A DNA stretch of 64,000 nucleotides from an uncultured Verrucomicrobiae bacterium (GCA_963837955.1 CAWIPH010000002.1:4736001-4800000); one strand, 5' to 3'. Counted from the first letter of the stretch, positions 41,611 through 52,394 are shown. A program made the numbers and translations. Notes: generated from the letters alone by a model not told the origin.

Positions 41611-42663
41611 ATGGCGGGCAAGATTCTGCACCTCGACATGGATTGCTTTTATGCGGCGATCGAGGTACGCGACCACCCCGAGCTCGCAGGCAAACCAGTC
41701 GCGGTCGGCGGGGCCCGCGATCAGCGAGGAGTGTTGACAACTTGCAACTACGAGGCGCGGAAATTCGGTCTGCATTCCGCGATGCCAACATTCAAAGCGT
41801 TGCAAAAATGCCCGCAGCTGATCGTGATGCCTACCCGTTTCGAGGTGTACCGCCGGGAGTCAAACGTGATTCGGCAAATTCTGCTAAAGTTCAGCCCCTG
41901 GATGGAGCCACTCTCGTTGGACGAAGCCTTCCTGGATCTCTCGCAGCACCCAGGAGACGCTTCCGCCGTGGCAGAGATCATTCGGCGCTTGATCCTTCAG
42001 AAAACCGGTCTCACTGCTTCTGCGGGAATTGCTCCGAACAAGATGCTGGCAAAGATCGCGAGCGATTGGAATAAGCCGAATGGACAGTTTGAGATCAGAG
42101 AAGACGAAATCGATGCTTTCATGGTTGAACTACCAGTCCGGCGTCTCTGGGGCATTGGTCCGAAATCGGCGGAGCGACTGGCCAAGCTGGGCGTGCGCAC
42201 CTGCGGCGACTTGCAACGCTACTCGCGATTTCAATTGTTCGAGGAATTCGGCAAATTTGGACCCGAATTATACGATCTCTGCCGCGGAATTGATTCCCGC
42301 CCCGTCGAGCCCGATCGGATTCGCAAATCTTTGAGTAGCGAGCGGACATTCTCCAGTGATCTGACCTCGCTGGCCCAATGCGAGGCAAAACTGCCTGAAC
42401 TCTTTGAAGACGTCATGACCGATCTTGAACGTTCTGACTATGCCGATCGGGTCCGCACGGTTTTTGTCAAAATCAGGTTTGCCGACTTCAGTCGCACAAC
42501 CGTGGAACGAGCAGAACTGCCGCTAACGCTGGAAAGTTTTCTAACGTTGCTGCGAGAGGGCCTGCGTAGGAAAGAGGCCCACGTTCGGTTGCTCGGGCTG
42601 GGTGTTCGATTTCAGGAACCGGCGCTTCAGCCAGTCCAACAATTGGATTTGCCATGGTCTTAA
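41611..42663 (+). CDS. dinB: DNA polymerase IV
   Basis: ILHLDMDCFYAA, YEARKFG..SAM, SLDEAFLD, LAKIASD..KPNG. Confidence 0.95.
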   Translation: MAGKILHLDMDCFYAAIEVRDHPELAGKPVAVGGARDQRGVLTTCNYEARKFGLHSAMPTFKALQKCPQLIVMPTRFEVYRRESNVIRQILLKFSPWMEPLSLDEAFLDLSQHPGDASAVAEIIRRLILQKTGLTASAGIAPNKMLAKIASDWNKPNGQFEIREDEIDAFMVELPVRRLWGIGPKSAERLAKLGVRTCGDLQRYSRFQLFEEFGKFGPELYDLCRGIDSRPVEPDRIRKSLSSERTFSSDLTSLAQCEAKLPELFEDVMTDLERSDYADRVRTVFVKIRFADFSRTTVERAELPLTLESFLTLLREGLRRKEAHVRLLGLGVRFQEPALQPVQQLDLPWS

Positions 42664-43000
42664 GAAGGAACGCTGCCACTTCTCGGATGGGAAGTTAGAC
42701 AGAATACATTAAACATCACCAACATCGCGCGCGCCCTTCGTCGTCGTCCTCGTACTCGAAAGAGGTTCCAAATGGAGGTAACGGGCAAGGAATAGCCGGC
42801 CAAAAGGTTATGCTTTTTGGAGGCCAGCCTCGATGCCGTCACGAGCCATTCGTGTTCCCGGTGGCTCCTGTTCTGAGCGCTCGGTGCTGGCTACTCAGCC
42901 TCACAGCGCGCCCTTTTCCAGGACGACGAGACAAAACCGTCACTCAACGAGCTTATCTCCCCGGGCTTGGCATTCTCGTCAACCGTGACATGGTACGACT

Positions 43001-44158
43001 ATGATTTCCCCGTACGCTTTTCGGCCGCGCGGTCGGTTGCTGGATTTCATGCGCCAGGTTGGGGATCCCGACCTAATCAATCTTGCGGCCGGTCTTCCAT
43101 CGGTTGACTGCGTTCCTAAGGCGGCCTTGGAGGATGCTTTTGCTCGGACTTTGCGAGATAACGCAGATGAAGCGCTCGGGTATCACACACCAGATGGTGA
43201 TCTTAGGTTACGGGAAATTTTGGCCGACCGGTTTAGGCGCCGGGGAATCCAGACCACGGCAGACAAAATGGTCCTCACAACCGGCTGTACCCAGGCGCTC
43301 CATGGAATGATCCGCCTGCTGGCCCGTCCAGGGGACGTGGTTGCGTGTGAGGCCCCCGCTTACTATGCAACGTTGGAGATGTTGGGCGACCTTGGCTTTC
43401 GGGTTCTTCCGATACCGGTGCGGGATAGTGAAGGAATTGACCTCGACCTGGTTAGGACCTTGTTCCAACGGTTTCGGCCGGTGCTCTTTGTCATTTGCTC
43501 AACGCTATCGAACCCGTCCGGATCCACGTTGCCCAACGCAGTCCGCGCAGAACTTGTTCAGATCTGCCGCGAGTCGGGCACTCGAATTTTAGAAGATGAA
43601 ATTTACGGTGAACTCTCCGAGATACCGGATCTCAAACCAATCCGCGCTTACGATGACGGCTCTACCGTAGCGTACGTCACCAGCTTTTCGAAATCCGTGG
43701 CGCCGGGATTGCGGATTGGCGTCTGCCTTCCCGGGCTAGACTCCGAATCGTTCGCGCTGCTCAAGTGCCAACAAGACATGCATTCCGCGACTCTTTGTGA
43801 AGTGGCATTCCGAAGTTATTTGGAGCGTGACGAGCTTGACCAGCATCTCGAGTTCTTGCGCTCGTTTAATCGAGGCCGACGCGAGCTTGGCCTTCGGATC
43901 ATCCATGAATGCTTTCCGAAATCGACGCGGATCTGGGAACCGGCTGGAGGCTTCATGCTTTGGGTCGAACTACCAGTCGACGTTGATATCGAGCGGGTTT
44001 ATCGACAGGCGATGGAAATGAAGATCGCTTTTGGTCGAGGCGCTGTTTTCTTTACATCAGATAATGAGCATGTTGGAGCGATGCGGCTAAACTGCTCATG
44101 GCCGAATGAGGCGGCTTTGGTTAAGGGACTTCAGATCCTGGGTCAGATAATGTCCTAA
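43001..44158 (+). CDS. PLP-dependent aminotransferase, MocR/ARO8-like catalytic domain without HTH
   Basis: INLAAGLP, NPSG, EDEIY, SFSKSVAPGLRIG, GGF.LW, RLN. Confidence 0.85.
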   Translation: MISPYAFRPRGRLLDFMRQVGDPDLINLAAGLPSVDCVPKAALEDAFARTLRDNADEALGYHTPDGDLRLREILADRFRRRGIQTTADKMVLTTGCTQALHGMIRLLARPGDVVACEAPAYYATLEMLGDLGFRVLPIPVRDSEGIDLDLVRTLFQRFRPVLFVICSTLSNPSGSTLPNAVRAELVQICRESGTRILEDEIYGELSEIPDLKPIRAYDDGSTVAYVTSFSKSVAPGLRIGVCLPGLDSESFALLKCQQDMHSATLCEVAFRSYLERDELDQHLEFLRSFNRGRRELGLRIIHECFPKSTRIWEPAGGFMLWVELPVDVDIERVYRQAMEMKIAFGRGAVFFTSDNEHVGAMRLNCSWPNEAALVKGLQILGQIMS

Positions 44159-44176
44159 TCCCCACAATCAAAGCGT

Positions 44177-44572
44177 ATGTTCCGCCGATTTATGTTTCAC
44201 GGTGTATATCTCCTTTTGATCGCCTTTATCGCCGTACTGTACGATCCGCATTCCGGAAGGCTCGGATTTAATCCAAACGCAAAATCTGCTTTGATTGCTG
44301 GAGGTATTTTCGCGTTTCTCTCTTTTCTGTGGGCGTTCTTCGATTCGCGCGGCGCCATCAAAGTTCCCGTAATCGGCGGGTTAATTTCTACCGGCTTGCT
44401 CTGCATCACCTTCCTCGTCCGAGCGATTCCTGCCTGGAACGATTATTTCCATGGAGATTCCGCCAAGTGGTTCGTGGCTACGACGATCACCCTGATGATT
44501 ATCGGAAGCCTTCCTCTATTCTTCGCCTGCCTGGAACGCGTCCGCGGCCGCGAGAGCTGGACGCAGAACTAG
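44177..44572 (+). CDS. Small multi-pass membrane protein
   Basis: 131 aa, four hydrophobic segments, co-oriented with neighbours. Confidence 0.65.
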   Translation: MFRRFMFHGVYLLLIAFIAVLYDPHSGRLGFNPNAKSALIAGGIFAFLSFLWAFFDSRGAIKVPVIGGLISTGLLCITFLVRAIPAWNDYFHGDSAKWFVATTITLMIIGSLPLFFACLERVRGRESWTQN

Positions 44573-44711
44573 TCGGGCCTGACGTCCCAGCGCGGGAATT
44601 CAAACAGCCAACTCGCACCACGGGTATGGCCTTCCCGTAACCGCATGGGTTTGGACGATCTCCAGTTCCCTGTTTCCTAAAACTTGCAACTTTCTTCGTC
44701 CCGAGCGTGTT

Positions 44712-47700
44712 ATGAGACTAATGTTTTCTTTTTCTCCGGACCTTGCTTTCCTCGCTCGCCGATGCTCCTACCAAATCAGTCAAATTTTTACGGTCGCAGG
44801 ATTGTCGGCTGCGATTTTCTTTTCCAGCAATCTTCAAGCCGAACCATTAGGACCCCAGGCTGCACCGCTCTGGCTACGGTACCCGGCCATTTCTCCCGAC
44901 GGCAAGAGCATCGCTTTCAGCTTTGAGGGCCACCTTTTTGTTGTTCCTTCTACCGGTGGCACCGCGCAGCCGCTCACCGCGGGACCCGCTCACGACACGG
45001 CCCCGATCTGGTCTCCAGACGGAAAACTGATCGCCTTCGCCTCTGACCGGTACGGGCATTTCAACGTTTTTCTGGTCAGCGTCGAAGGCGGCCCGACCCG
45101 ACGCCTTACTTCTTATTCCACCGATGAAATTCCCAGTGGATTCACACCAGACGGAAAATATGTCGTCTTCAGTGCCCACCGGATGCAATCGGCCAAGAGT
45201 TCTCAATTTCCGACTCGCGCGCTGTCGGAACTATATAAGGTTTCGATCGAAGAGGGCCACGAACCTGAAATGATTCTCACGACACCGGCTCTCAATGCCC
45301 AATACGACCGGGCCGGGCAACGCTTACTCTACGAAGACAAAAAAAGTTACGAAAATCTCTGGCGCAAACATAATACGTCCTCGTTTGCCCATGATGTTTG
45401 GCTCTGCGATGCCCGCACAGGCAATCATACTAAGCTCACTAGCTATTCTGGCGAGGATCGAAACCCCGTCTGGACACCGGACGAGAACTCTTTCTACTAC
45501 CTGTCGGAGCAAAGCGGGTCATTCAACATCTGGAAGCTTCCGGTGAACGCAGCCGAGAGTGCGACGCCACAACAGATCACTCATTTCGATAAGAATCCGA
45601 TTCGGTTTCTATCCGTAGCGCAAAATGGCGATCTCTGTTTCGGTTACGACGGTGAGATTTATCTTTTGCCGCATGACTCGACCGATCCTAGCAAAGTAAA
45701 AATTCAGATTGCCGTCGTCGAGAACGCTCCAAACAAACAGCAAACTCATCTGAACGATGGCGTCACCGAAATCGTTCTTAGCCCGAATGGCAAAGAGCTC
45801 GCTTTTGTCGTCCGCGGCGATATTTACGTCGCTTCGGTCGAGCATGGCGATACGAAGCGGATTACGAACACGCCAGGCCAGGAACGGAACCTGAGTTTCA
45901 GTTATGATGGACGAAAACTGGTTTTTGCGGCCGAATACAATAAAGCGTGGAGTCTGTACGAAGCCAGCATCGTCCAACCAAAGGATAAGGAACCCTATTT
46001 CTTCAACTCAACGGTGGTCGAAGTGCATCCGATTTTGGAAAATGGACAGGAGAATTTTCTGCCCAAGTACTCCCCGGACGGCAAAGAAGTCGTTTACTTG
46101 GAGAACCGAGCCGCTGTCAAGGTGCTCAACCTGGAGTCAAAGCAAACGCGAGTCGTCCTTCCCCCGGAGCGCAACTACTCCTACTCTGATGATGATCTAT
46201 GGGTTGATTGGTCGCCCGACGGCAAATGGCTACTGACGACGTTTTTGCAAACGGGCCGTTGGTCGCGGGAAGTAGGGATCGTTGATGCCAGCGGAAAACA
46301 ACCGATTATCAATCTGACCAAGAGCGGCTACGAGAGTGTTCAACCGCTCTGGGCACAAGGCGGAAAATCGATGATTTGGCTTTCCGACCGGTACGGCCTG
46401 CACGGAGATGACGGGAATGAAGGCGACCCTCAACTCGACGTTTACGAGACCTTTTTTACGCAGGAAGCGTTGAATCGCTTCCGTCTGTCGCCGGCCGAAT
46501 ATGAAATCCTGAAAGCGAAGGAGGAGGAAGCAAAGAAGAAAAAAGAGGAAGAGAAGAGCAAGGAAGCAAAGCCCGATGATAAAAACCAGTCGAGCCCGAA
46601 AACTTCGCCGAAAGACGCCGAGAGCAAGAAAGAGGACGATAATCAACCACCCAAGCTGGAACCGATCACGGTTGACCTCAATGGCATCGAAGATCGGACC
46701 ACCCGCCTGACCTTAGCGTCGAGCCGCATCAGCTATGCCGCTCTGAGTAAAGATGGCGAGCAGCTGGTTTATCTGGCCAAGAGCGACAAAGGCTTCGAAG
46801 TCTGGCTGCTTAAGCCGCGGGCAAAAGAACTGAAACGCCTCGGCGAAATCGAAGCTCAAGAAAAAGAGTTTGGTGAGCTACCTCGACAACTCATCCTCGA
46901 TAAAGAAGACAAGAACGCGTTTATCCTGGTCGATGGGAACATCAGGAAAGTAGATCTCACAGCGGCGAAGATTGAGCCGGTCAAGTTTGACGCCGAGAAA
47001 GAAATCGATGGTGCGGCGGAACGGAGTTATTTGTTCGAGCACATCTGGCGACAGATAAAAGAGAAGTTTTACGTCCCCGACATGCACGGCGTAGCCTGGG
47101 ATTACTACAAGACCGTATACGCTCGGTATCTCCCTTTTATTACTGACAATCGTGATTTTGCAGAAATGACGAGTGAAATGCTCGGAGAGCTCAATGCCAG
47201 CCATACCGGTTGCCATCTGACGCCCAGCACGAGCGGCGACCAGACCGCGTCACTGGGAGCTTTTTTCGATCGGAGCTATCATGGACCGGGAATCCGGATC
47301 GAAGAGGTCATCGAGAAAGGCCCGCTCAGCCAAACCGATCCTCCACTCCAGGCCGGCATGATCATTGAGAAAATTGACGATCGGACCATCACCGCTGGAA
47401 TGGATCTCAGTCCGCTCTTGAATTTCAAAGCTGGTAAACCCACTGCGCTTAGCATTTTCGATCCGGCTAAGAGCAGTCGCTTCGTTGTGACCATGAAGCC
47501 AATCGCGTTGCGCGAAGTCGAGGAGCTCCTCTACGCGCGCTGGACTAAGCAGCGGCGCGAACTGACCGATAAACTGAGCGGCGGTAAAATTGGCTACGTG
47601 CACGTCCGCGGGATGGAAGATGGCCCTTACCGTGACACGGTTTCCGAAGCCCTCGGACGACAGGTCGATAAACAGGCGTTAATCGTCGACACCCGATGGA

Positions 47701-48146
47701 ATCCGGGCGGCAATTTGCATGACGCGTTAGCGACGTTCCTCAGCGGGAAAAAGTATCTTAAGACGGTCCCCCGCGGCCAGTTCATCGGTTGGGATCCAAA
47801 TCGTAAATGGAACCAAAAAACCGCCGTGCTCGCCAACGAAGGAAATTATTCCGATGGCATGTTGTTCCCATGGGTTTACAAGCATTTTCAGATTGGCAAG
47901 CTGATTGGTATGCCGGTTAACGGTACCGGTACTGCTGTTTGGTGGGAAATTCTGCAGGATCCGTCACTGGTGTTTGGGATTCCGGAGGTTGGTTTTCAGG
48001 ATGAACAAGGACATTTTATGGAGAAGACGCAGGTGGATCCAGATATTCAGGTCATGAATGATCCGAAGAGCACCGCCGAAGGCCGCGATCTTCAACTCGA
48101 ACGCGCCATCGCCGAATTGATGAAAGAGAACCGCGACATGAATTGA
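44712..48146 (+). CDS. Tricorn protease (S41), copy 1
   Basis: WLRYPAISPDG, PD40 propellers, GELNASH, PDZ, D.R.N.GG, NYSDG catalytic Ser, D.QLERA. Confidence 0.92.
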   Translation: MRLMFSFSPDLAFLARRCSYQISQIFTVAGLSAAIFFSSNLQAEPLGPQAAPLWLRYPAISPDGKSIAFSFEGHLFVVPSTGGTAQPLTAGPAHDTAPIWSPDGKLIAFASDRYGHFNVFLVSVEGGPTRRLTSYSTDEIPSGFTPDGKYVVFSAHRMQSAKSSQFPTRALSELYKVSIEEGHEPEMILTTPALNAQYDRAGQRLLYEDKKSYENLWRKHNTSSFAHDVWLCDARTGNHTKLTSYSGEDRNPVWTPDENSFYYLSEQSGSFNIWKLPVNAAESATPQQITHFDKNPIRFLSVAQNGDLCFGYDGEIYLLPHDSTDPSKVKIQIAVVENAPNKQQTHLNDGVTEIVLSPNGKELAFVVRGDIYVASVEHGDTKRITNTPGQERNLSFSYDGRKLVFAAEYNKAWSLYEASIVQPKDKEPYFFNSTVVEVHPILENGQENFLPKYSPDGKEVVYLENRAAVKVLNLESKQTRVVLPPERNYSYSDDDLWVDWSPDGKWLLTTFLQTGRWSREVGIVDASGKQPIINLTKSGYESVQPLWAQGGKSMIWLSDRYGLHGDDGNEGDPQLDVYETFFTQEALNRFRLSPAEYEILKAKEEEAKKKKEEEKSKEAKPDDKNQSSPKTSPKDAESKKEDDNQPPKLEPITVDLNGIEDRTTRLTLASSRISYAALSKDGEQLVYLAKSDKGFEVWLLKPRAKELKRLGEIEAQEKEFGELPRQLILDKEDKNAFILVDGNIRKVDLTAAKIEPVKFDAEKEIDGAAERSYLFEHIWRQIKEKFYVPDMHGVAWDYYKTVYARYLPFITDNRDFAEMTSEMLGELNASHTGCHLTPSTSGDQTASLGAFFDRSYHGPGIRIEEVIEKGPLSQTDPPLQAGMIIEKIDDRTITAGMDLSPLLNFKAGKPTALSIFDPAKSSRFVVTMKPIALREVEELLYARWTKQRRELTDKLSGGKIGYVHVRGMEDGPYRDTVSEALGRQVDKQALIVDTRWNPGGNLHDALATFLSGKKYLKTVPRGQFIGWDPNRKWNQKTAVLANEGNYSDGMLFPWVYKHFQIGKLIGMPVNGTGTAVWWEILQDPSLVFGIPEVGFQDEQGHFMEKTQVDPDIQVMNDPKSTAEGRDLQLERAIAELMKENRDMN

Positions 48147-48153
48147 GGCTATA

Positions 48154-51100
48154 GTGCGCTCGTTGTTCCCTCCTCGATCGAACAAGCAACAACTGCTCCG
48201 GATAGTTGTGCTTGGTTGGCTATTCTTTAGCCTTATTGTGAGCGGCCAGAACACTCAGGCCGCCGATCAGCTGGGAGCTAGTCTGCCGCCACTTTGGTTG
48301 CGGTACCCTTCCCTGTCGCCAGATGGCAAAACGATCGCTTTCTGTTTCGAAGGGCATCTCTTCCTGGTTCCGGCAGAGGGAGGGCTTGCCCAGCCGCTCA
48401 CTGCCGGCCTGGCGCATGATACGGCACCTGTCTGGTCTTCGGACAGCAAATTGATCGCTTTCGCTTCAGACCGCTATGGTCATTATGATGTATACCTGGT
48501 CAGCGTCGAAGGGGGCCAAACCCGACGACTTACCACTTATTCAAGCGACGCGATCCCCACGACTTTTACTCCGGACGGGAAGTTCGTTGTTTTTAGCGGA
48601 CACCGGATGCAATCCGCGAAGAGTTCCCGATTCCCCTCCCGGCGCTTTCCGGAGTTATACAAAGTATCGGTTGAGGGTGGTCGCGAGCCAGAAATGATTC
48701 TGCCGACACCAGCCCTCAATGCGAAATTGGATCGGGCGGGCCAACGACTTCTTTATGACGACCAAAAAAGCTATGAAGATCTTTGGCGCAAGCATGTCAC
48801 TTCGGCCTTCGCGCATGACGTGTGGTTATACGACCTGCGCACCGGGACCCACAGCAAGCTGACTAACTACGCCGGTGAAGATCGGAATCCGGTTTGGGCC
48901 CCGGACGAGAATTCCCTCTTTTATCTTTCGGAGCAAAGCGGCTCATTCAACGTTTGGAGCCTACCGCTGAAGGATGGGCAACCGGGCACGCCGAAACAGA
49001 TTACCCATTTCGAGAAGAATCCGGTCCGATTTCTCTCCACCTCAAATGCCGGCGATCTTTGTTTCGGATTCGACGGCGAGATTTATCTGCTTCCGGTCAA
49101 TTCCGAAGGTCCAAAGAAGGTAGCAATCCGCATCGCGATGGCCGACAGCGGTCCCTTGCGGCGAACCGTTCAGATGAACGATGGCGCGACGGAGATAGCC
49201 GTTAGCCCCAACGGCAAGGAGATCGGTTTCGTCGTGCGCGGCGATGTGTACGTAGCGTCGATCGAGCACGGGGATACCAAACGGATCACCAACACGCCCG
49301 GCCAGGAGCGTAATCTCTGTTTCAGCCCGGACGGACGTAAATTGGTCTTCGCATTCGAGCAGAACGGCCCCTGGAGCCTATACGAAGCCAGCATCGTCCA
49401 GCCAAAGGAGAAAGAACCGTACTTCTTTGACTCAACTGTGGTGGACATTCATCCGGTCCTCGAAAACGGTCAGGAGAATTTTACTCCGAAGTATTCGCCT
49501 GACGGAAAGGAAGTCGCGTATTTGGAGAACCGGACCACGCTCAAGGTGCTGAACCTCGAATCCAAACAGAGCCGAACCATTCTACCAGGTGACCGCAACT
49601 ACTCTTATTTAGACGGTGACCAGTGGTTCGATTGGTCGCCCGATGGGAAATTCTTCCTGGTAACCTTTCTCCAGGAGGGACGCTATTCCGACGAAGTCGG
49701 CCTGGTCAGTGCCGACGGTAGTCAAGCGGTCGTCAATCTAACCCAGAGCGGCTACGACTCGGCTCGTCCGGTTTGGGCCCAGAACGGAAAGTCGATGATC
49801 TGGTTCACCGACAAATACGGCCTGCACGGCGATGGGAACGGCGGCAGCAGACAACTCGACGTCCTGGAAATGTTTTTTACCGAAGATGCTTTTGACCGCT
49901 TCAATCTTTCTCCGGCCGAGTACGACATTCTGAAAGCCAAGGAGGAGGAGGAAAAGAAAAAGAAGGAAGGCAATAAAGAGCCCAAGCCGGAAGGCGGCAA
50001 AGACCAGCAGAGTCCAACTCCGGAGCCGACTCCAAAGATCGAACCGGTAGTGATCGACCTGAGATATACTGAGGATCGCACCGCTCGATTAACCCTCGCC
50101 TCGACCAGACTGGCCGAGGCTGTTCTCTCCAAGGATGGCGAGCAGCTCGTCTACCTGGCGCGGAGCGACAAGGGATTTGACCTTTGGAGTCTGAAACCGC
50201 GCGAGAAGGAACTAAAGCGATTGGCTCAGCTCGAGGCTGCTGAAACCGAAGGAGTCGGTGTAAACTTCCCGCAGCAACTTGCCCTTGATAAGGAGGGCAA
50301 AAACGCCTTTGCGCTGGTTAACGGTCATATCAACAAGGTGGAGCTTGCCAGCGGCAAAATGGAGCCGGTCAAATTTGGAGCTGAGAAGGAGATCAACGCT
50401 ACCGCAGAGCGCGCGTATTTTTTCGAGCATATGTGGCGCCAAACGCTGGAAAAGTTCTATGACCCCAAGATGAACGGCGCGGATTGGAACTACTATAAAG
50501 GGATCTACACGCGTTTTCTTCAGTATATCGCTGATAATCGCGATTTTGCGGAGATGATGAGTGAGCTGCTCGGCGAGCTGAATGCGAGCCATACCGGTTG
50601 CCGTTATTATCCCTCCGGTGGCGATCAAACCGCCTCGCTGGGGGCGTTCTTCGACCAAAGTTCCCAAGGCCCCGGTTTAAAGATCGAAGAACCAATTGAG
50701 AAAGGCCCGCTCTTCAAGGCCGGGATCGAGATCCAGCCTGGCATGATCATTGAAAAGATCGATGGCAATGTGCTCGCTCCGGGTGTCGACTTCGACCCAC
50801 TTCTAGACTTCAAGGCGGGTAAGCCGACCTTGCTCGGCATATTCGACCCGGCCAAAAACAACCGATTCGATGTCCGGATCAAGCCTACCAGCCTCGCTAC
50901 CGAAGAGGAATTGCTCTATGAACGGTGGGTTAAGAAACGGCGGGAATTAGTAGATAAGTTAAGCAACGGCACTATTGCCTACGTGCACGTCCGCAACATG
51001 AGTGATCCGAGTTATCGGGATGTCTTCTCCGAGGCGCTTGGACGCGGTGTCGCCAAGAAGGCGTTAATCGTCGATACCCGCTTTAATCCTGGTGGGAATT

Positions 51101-51519
51101 TGCACGACCAGCTTACTACCTTTCTCGACGGGAAGCCCTATCTGAAGATGATCCCGCGCGGCCAATACCTCGGCTGGGAACCCACCCGGAAATGGCAACG
51201 CCGAAGCGTGGTCCTTGGATGCGAGGGCAATTATTCCGATGGCATGTTGTTCCCTTGGCTTTATCAGCATTTCCAAATCGGGAAATTTATCGGCATGCCG
51301 ATTCCAGGAACCGGCACTTCGGTTTGGTGGGAATTTCAACAGGACCCAAGCCTGTTGTTCGGGATTCCGGAGATCGGTCACGTGGATAAAGAAGGCCACT
51401 CAATGGAAAAGACTCAAGTCGAGCCTGACATCGAGATTATGAACGATCCCAAGAGTGTCGCAGAAGGTCGCGATCCGCAGATCGAGCGCGCGGTGACTGA
51501 GCTCATGCAAGCGAACTAA
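48154..51519 (+). CDS. Tricorn protease (S41), copy 2
   Basis: Colinear paralog of 44712-48146 with the same catalytic motifs. Confidence 0.92.
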   Translation: MRSLFPPRSNKQQLLRIVVLGWLFFSLIVSGQNTQAADQLGASLPPLWLRYPSLSPDGKTIAFCFEGHLFLVPAEGGLAQPLTAGLAHDTAPVWSSDSKLIAFASDRYGHYDVYLVSVEGGQTRRLTTYSSDAIPTTFTPDGKFVVFSGHRMQSAKSSRFPSRRFPELYKVSVEGGREPEMILPTPALNAKLDRAGQRLLYDDQKSYEDLWRKHVTSAFAHDVWLYDLRTGTHSKLTNYAGEDRNPVWAPDENSLFYLSEQSGSFNVWSLPLKDGQPGTPKQITHFEKNPVRFLSTSNAGDLCFGFDGEIYLLPVNSEGPKKVAIRIAMADSGPLRRTVQMNDGATEIAVSPNGKEIGFVVRGDVYVASIEHGDTKRITNTPGQERNLCFSPDGRKLVFAFEQNGPWSLYEASIVQPKEKEPYFFDSTVVDIHPVLENGQENFTPKYSPDGKEVAYLENRTTLKVLNLESKQSRTILPGDRNYSYLDGDQWFDWSPDGKFFLVTFLQEGRYSDEVGLVSADGSQAVVNLTQSGYDSARPVWAQNGKSMIWFTDKYGLHGDGNGGSRQLDVLEMFFTEDAFDRFNLSPAEYDILKAKEEEEKKKKEGNKEPKPEGGKDQQSPTPEPTPKIEPVVIDLRYTEDRTARLTLASTRLAEAVLSKDGEQLVYLARSDKGFDLWSLKPREKELKRLAQLEAAETEGVGVNFPQQLALDKEGKNAFALVNGHINKVELASGKMEPVKFGAEKEINATAERAYFFEHMWRQTLEKFYDPKMNGADWNYYKGIYTRFLQYIADNRDFAEMMSELLGELNASHTGCRYYPSGGDQTASLGAFFDQSSQGPGLKIEEPIEKGPLFKAGIEIQPGMIIEKIDGNVLAPGVDFDPLLDFKAGKPTLLGIFDPAKNNRFDVRIKPTSLATEEELLYERWVKKRRELVDKLSNGTIAYVHVRNMSDPSYRDVFSEALGRGVAKKALIVDTRFNPGGNLHDQLTTFLDGKPYLKMIPRGQYLGWEPTRKWQRRSVVLGCEGNYSDGMLFPWLYQHFQIGKFIGMPIPGTGTSVWWEFQQDPSLLFGIPEIGHVDKEGHSMEKTQVEPDIEIMNDPKSVAEGRDPQIERAVTELMQAN

Positions 51520-51606
51520 TTCGGAAGGTGAAACGGAATACAATCGCCGACGGGACGATCCGTGGCGGCTGAGGATCCCCGCGGTGGTACGTGCGCGTCA
51601 AACGTC

Positions 51607-51878
51607 GATTCCTGGTTCTCTGCCCCGGAGGGGGGAGGGCGCACAGCCTGTCCGACATAGCCTTTCGGATGCCTGGTGCAGAATGCTTGAGCGCGACGTC
51701 GGATCCTCGTGCGCCGCGGATCGCGAGGACGCGATCCCTCCCCGCGCGGGGTTTTAACCCCAGGGAACGTATTCCAAACGTCACGCCCTGAAAGCGGCGC
51801 CAGTAATAGATGTTTCCAACGGATTCACGGCTCCGTCATTCGATCCTAATGCCCCTACGGGGCGGAGAACCAGAAATC
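51607..51878. repeat. REP/MITE-like element with ~28-bp imperfect terminal inverted repeats
   Basis: GATTCCTGGTTCTCTGCCCCGGAGGGG (51607) versus revcomp of 51851-51878 GATTTCTGGTTCTCCGCCCCGTAGGGGC; internal hairpins. Confidence 0.7.
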
Positions 51879-51948
51879 GGCCTTATGTTGACGCAACTAC
51901 GCGGCCCCGGGGCCGCTACTAACTTCGTTTTTCGCTCCAAGAATTTGG

Positions 51949-51977
51949 TTGAACCGCTATGGGTTCGGCTCTAGTTT
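51949..51977 (+). promoter_or_regulatory. Probable sigma70 promoter of the tRNA
   Basis: TTGAAC-N17-TAGTTT, 16 nt upstream of the tRNA. Confidence 0.5.
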
Positions 51978-51993
51978 CCCGGCTCGTTTTCGA

Positions 51994-52067
51994 GGAGTTA
52001 TAGCTCAATTGGTTAGAGCGCCGCCCTGTCACGGCGGAGGTTGCGGGTTCGAGCCCCGTTAACTCCG
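51994..52067 (+). tRNA. tRNA-Asp(GTC), CCA not encoded
   Basis: Acceptor GGAGTTA/TAACTCC, D arm TAGCTCAATTGGTTAGAGC, anticodon arm CCGCC-CTGTCAC-GGCGG, T arm GGTTCGAG. Confidence 0.96.
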
Positions 52068-52394
52068 GGCGTTTCCTAGAGAGAAGCCGGTCTTTAAACC
52101 ACCCAATATTCCCGTTTAGCGTTATCTTAGCGTTATACCAATCCGGGCAGCGAGTTTTTCTACCCCTGAAGCCTGCGTTTTGCCTCGCGTGACAAAACGC
52201 CTTACAATAGGTGGTTCGGTGGAAGGGGAAATAAAAGCACGCTTGTCGATTAGTTTCCCTGCGAAGTGAGGCCGCAGGCGTGAGCAGCCTTGGCTGAATT
52301 AGTGCAGCTTTAGAAGTCCACGGGTCGAGAACAGCCCGGTGTCACGAAACGCGCTCTAATCGAATTTCCGTCTGCATGAAACGAAAGAGAATCT

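Noticed and set aside
42736..42935. TCGTCGTCGTCCTCG / GGACGACGAG REP-like halves
   Set aside because: Short, low-complexity and single-copy in this window.
73..51791. Numerous 60-210 aa ORFs overlapping well-supported genes
   Set aside because: Antisense or alternate-frame shadows typical of GC-rich coding DNA, with no motifs.
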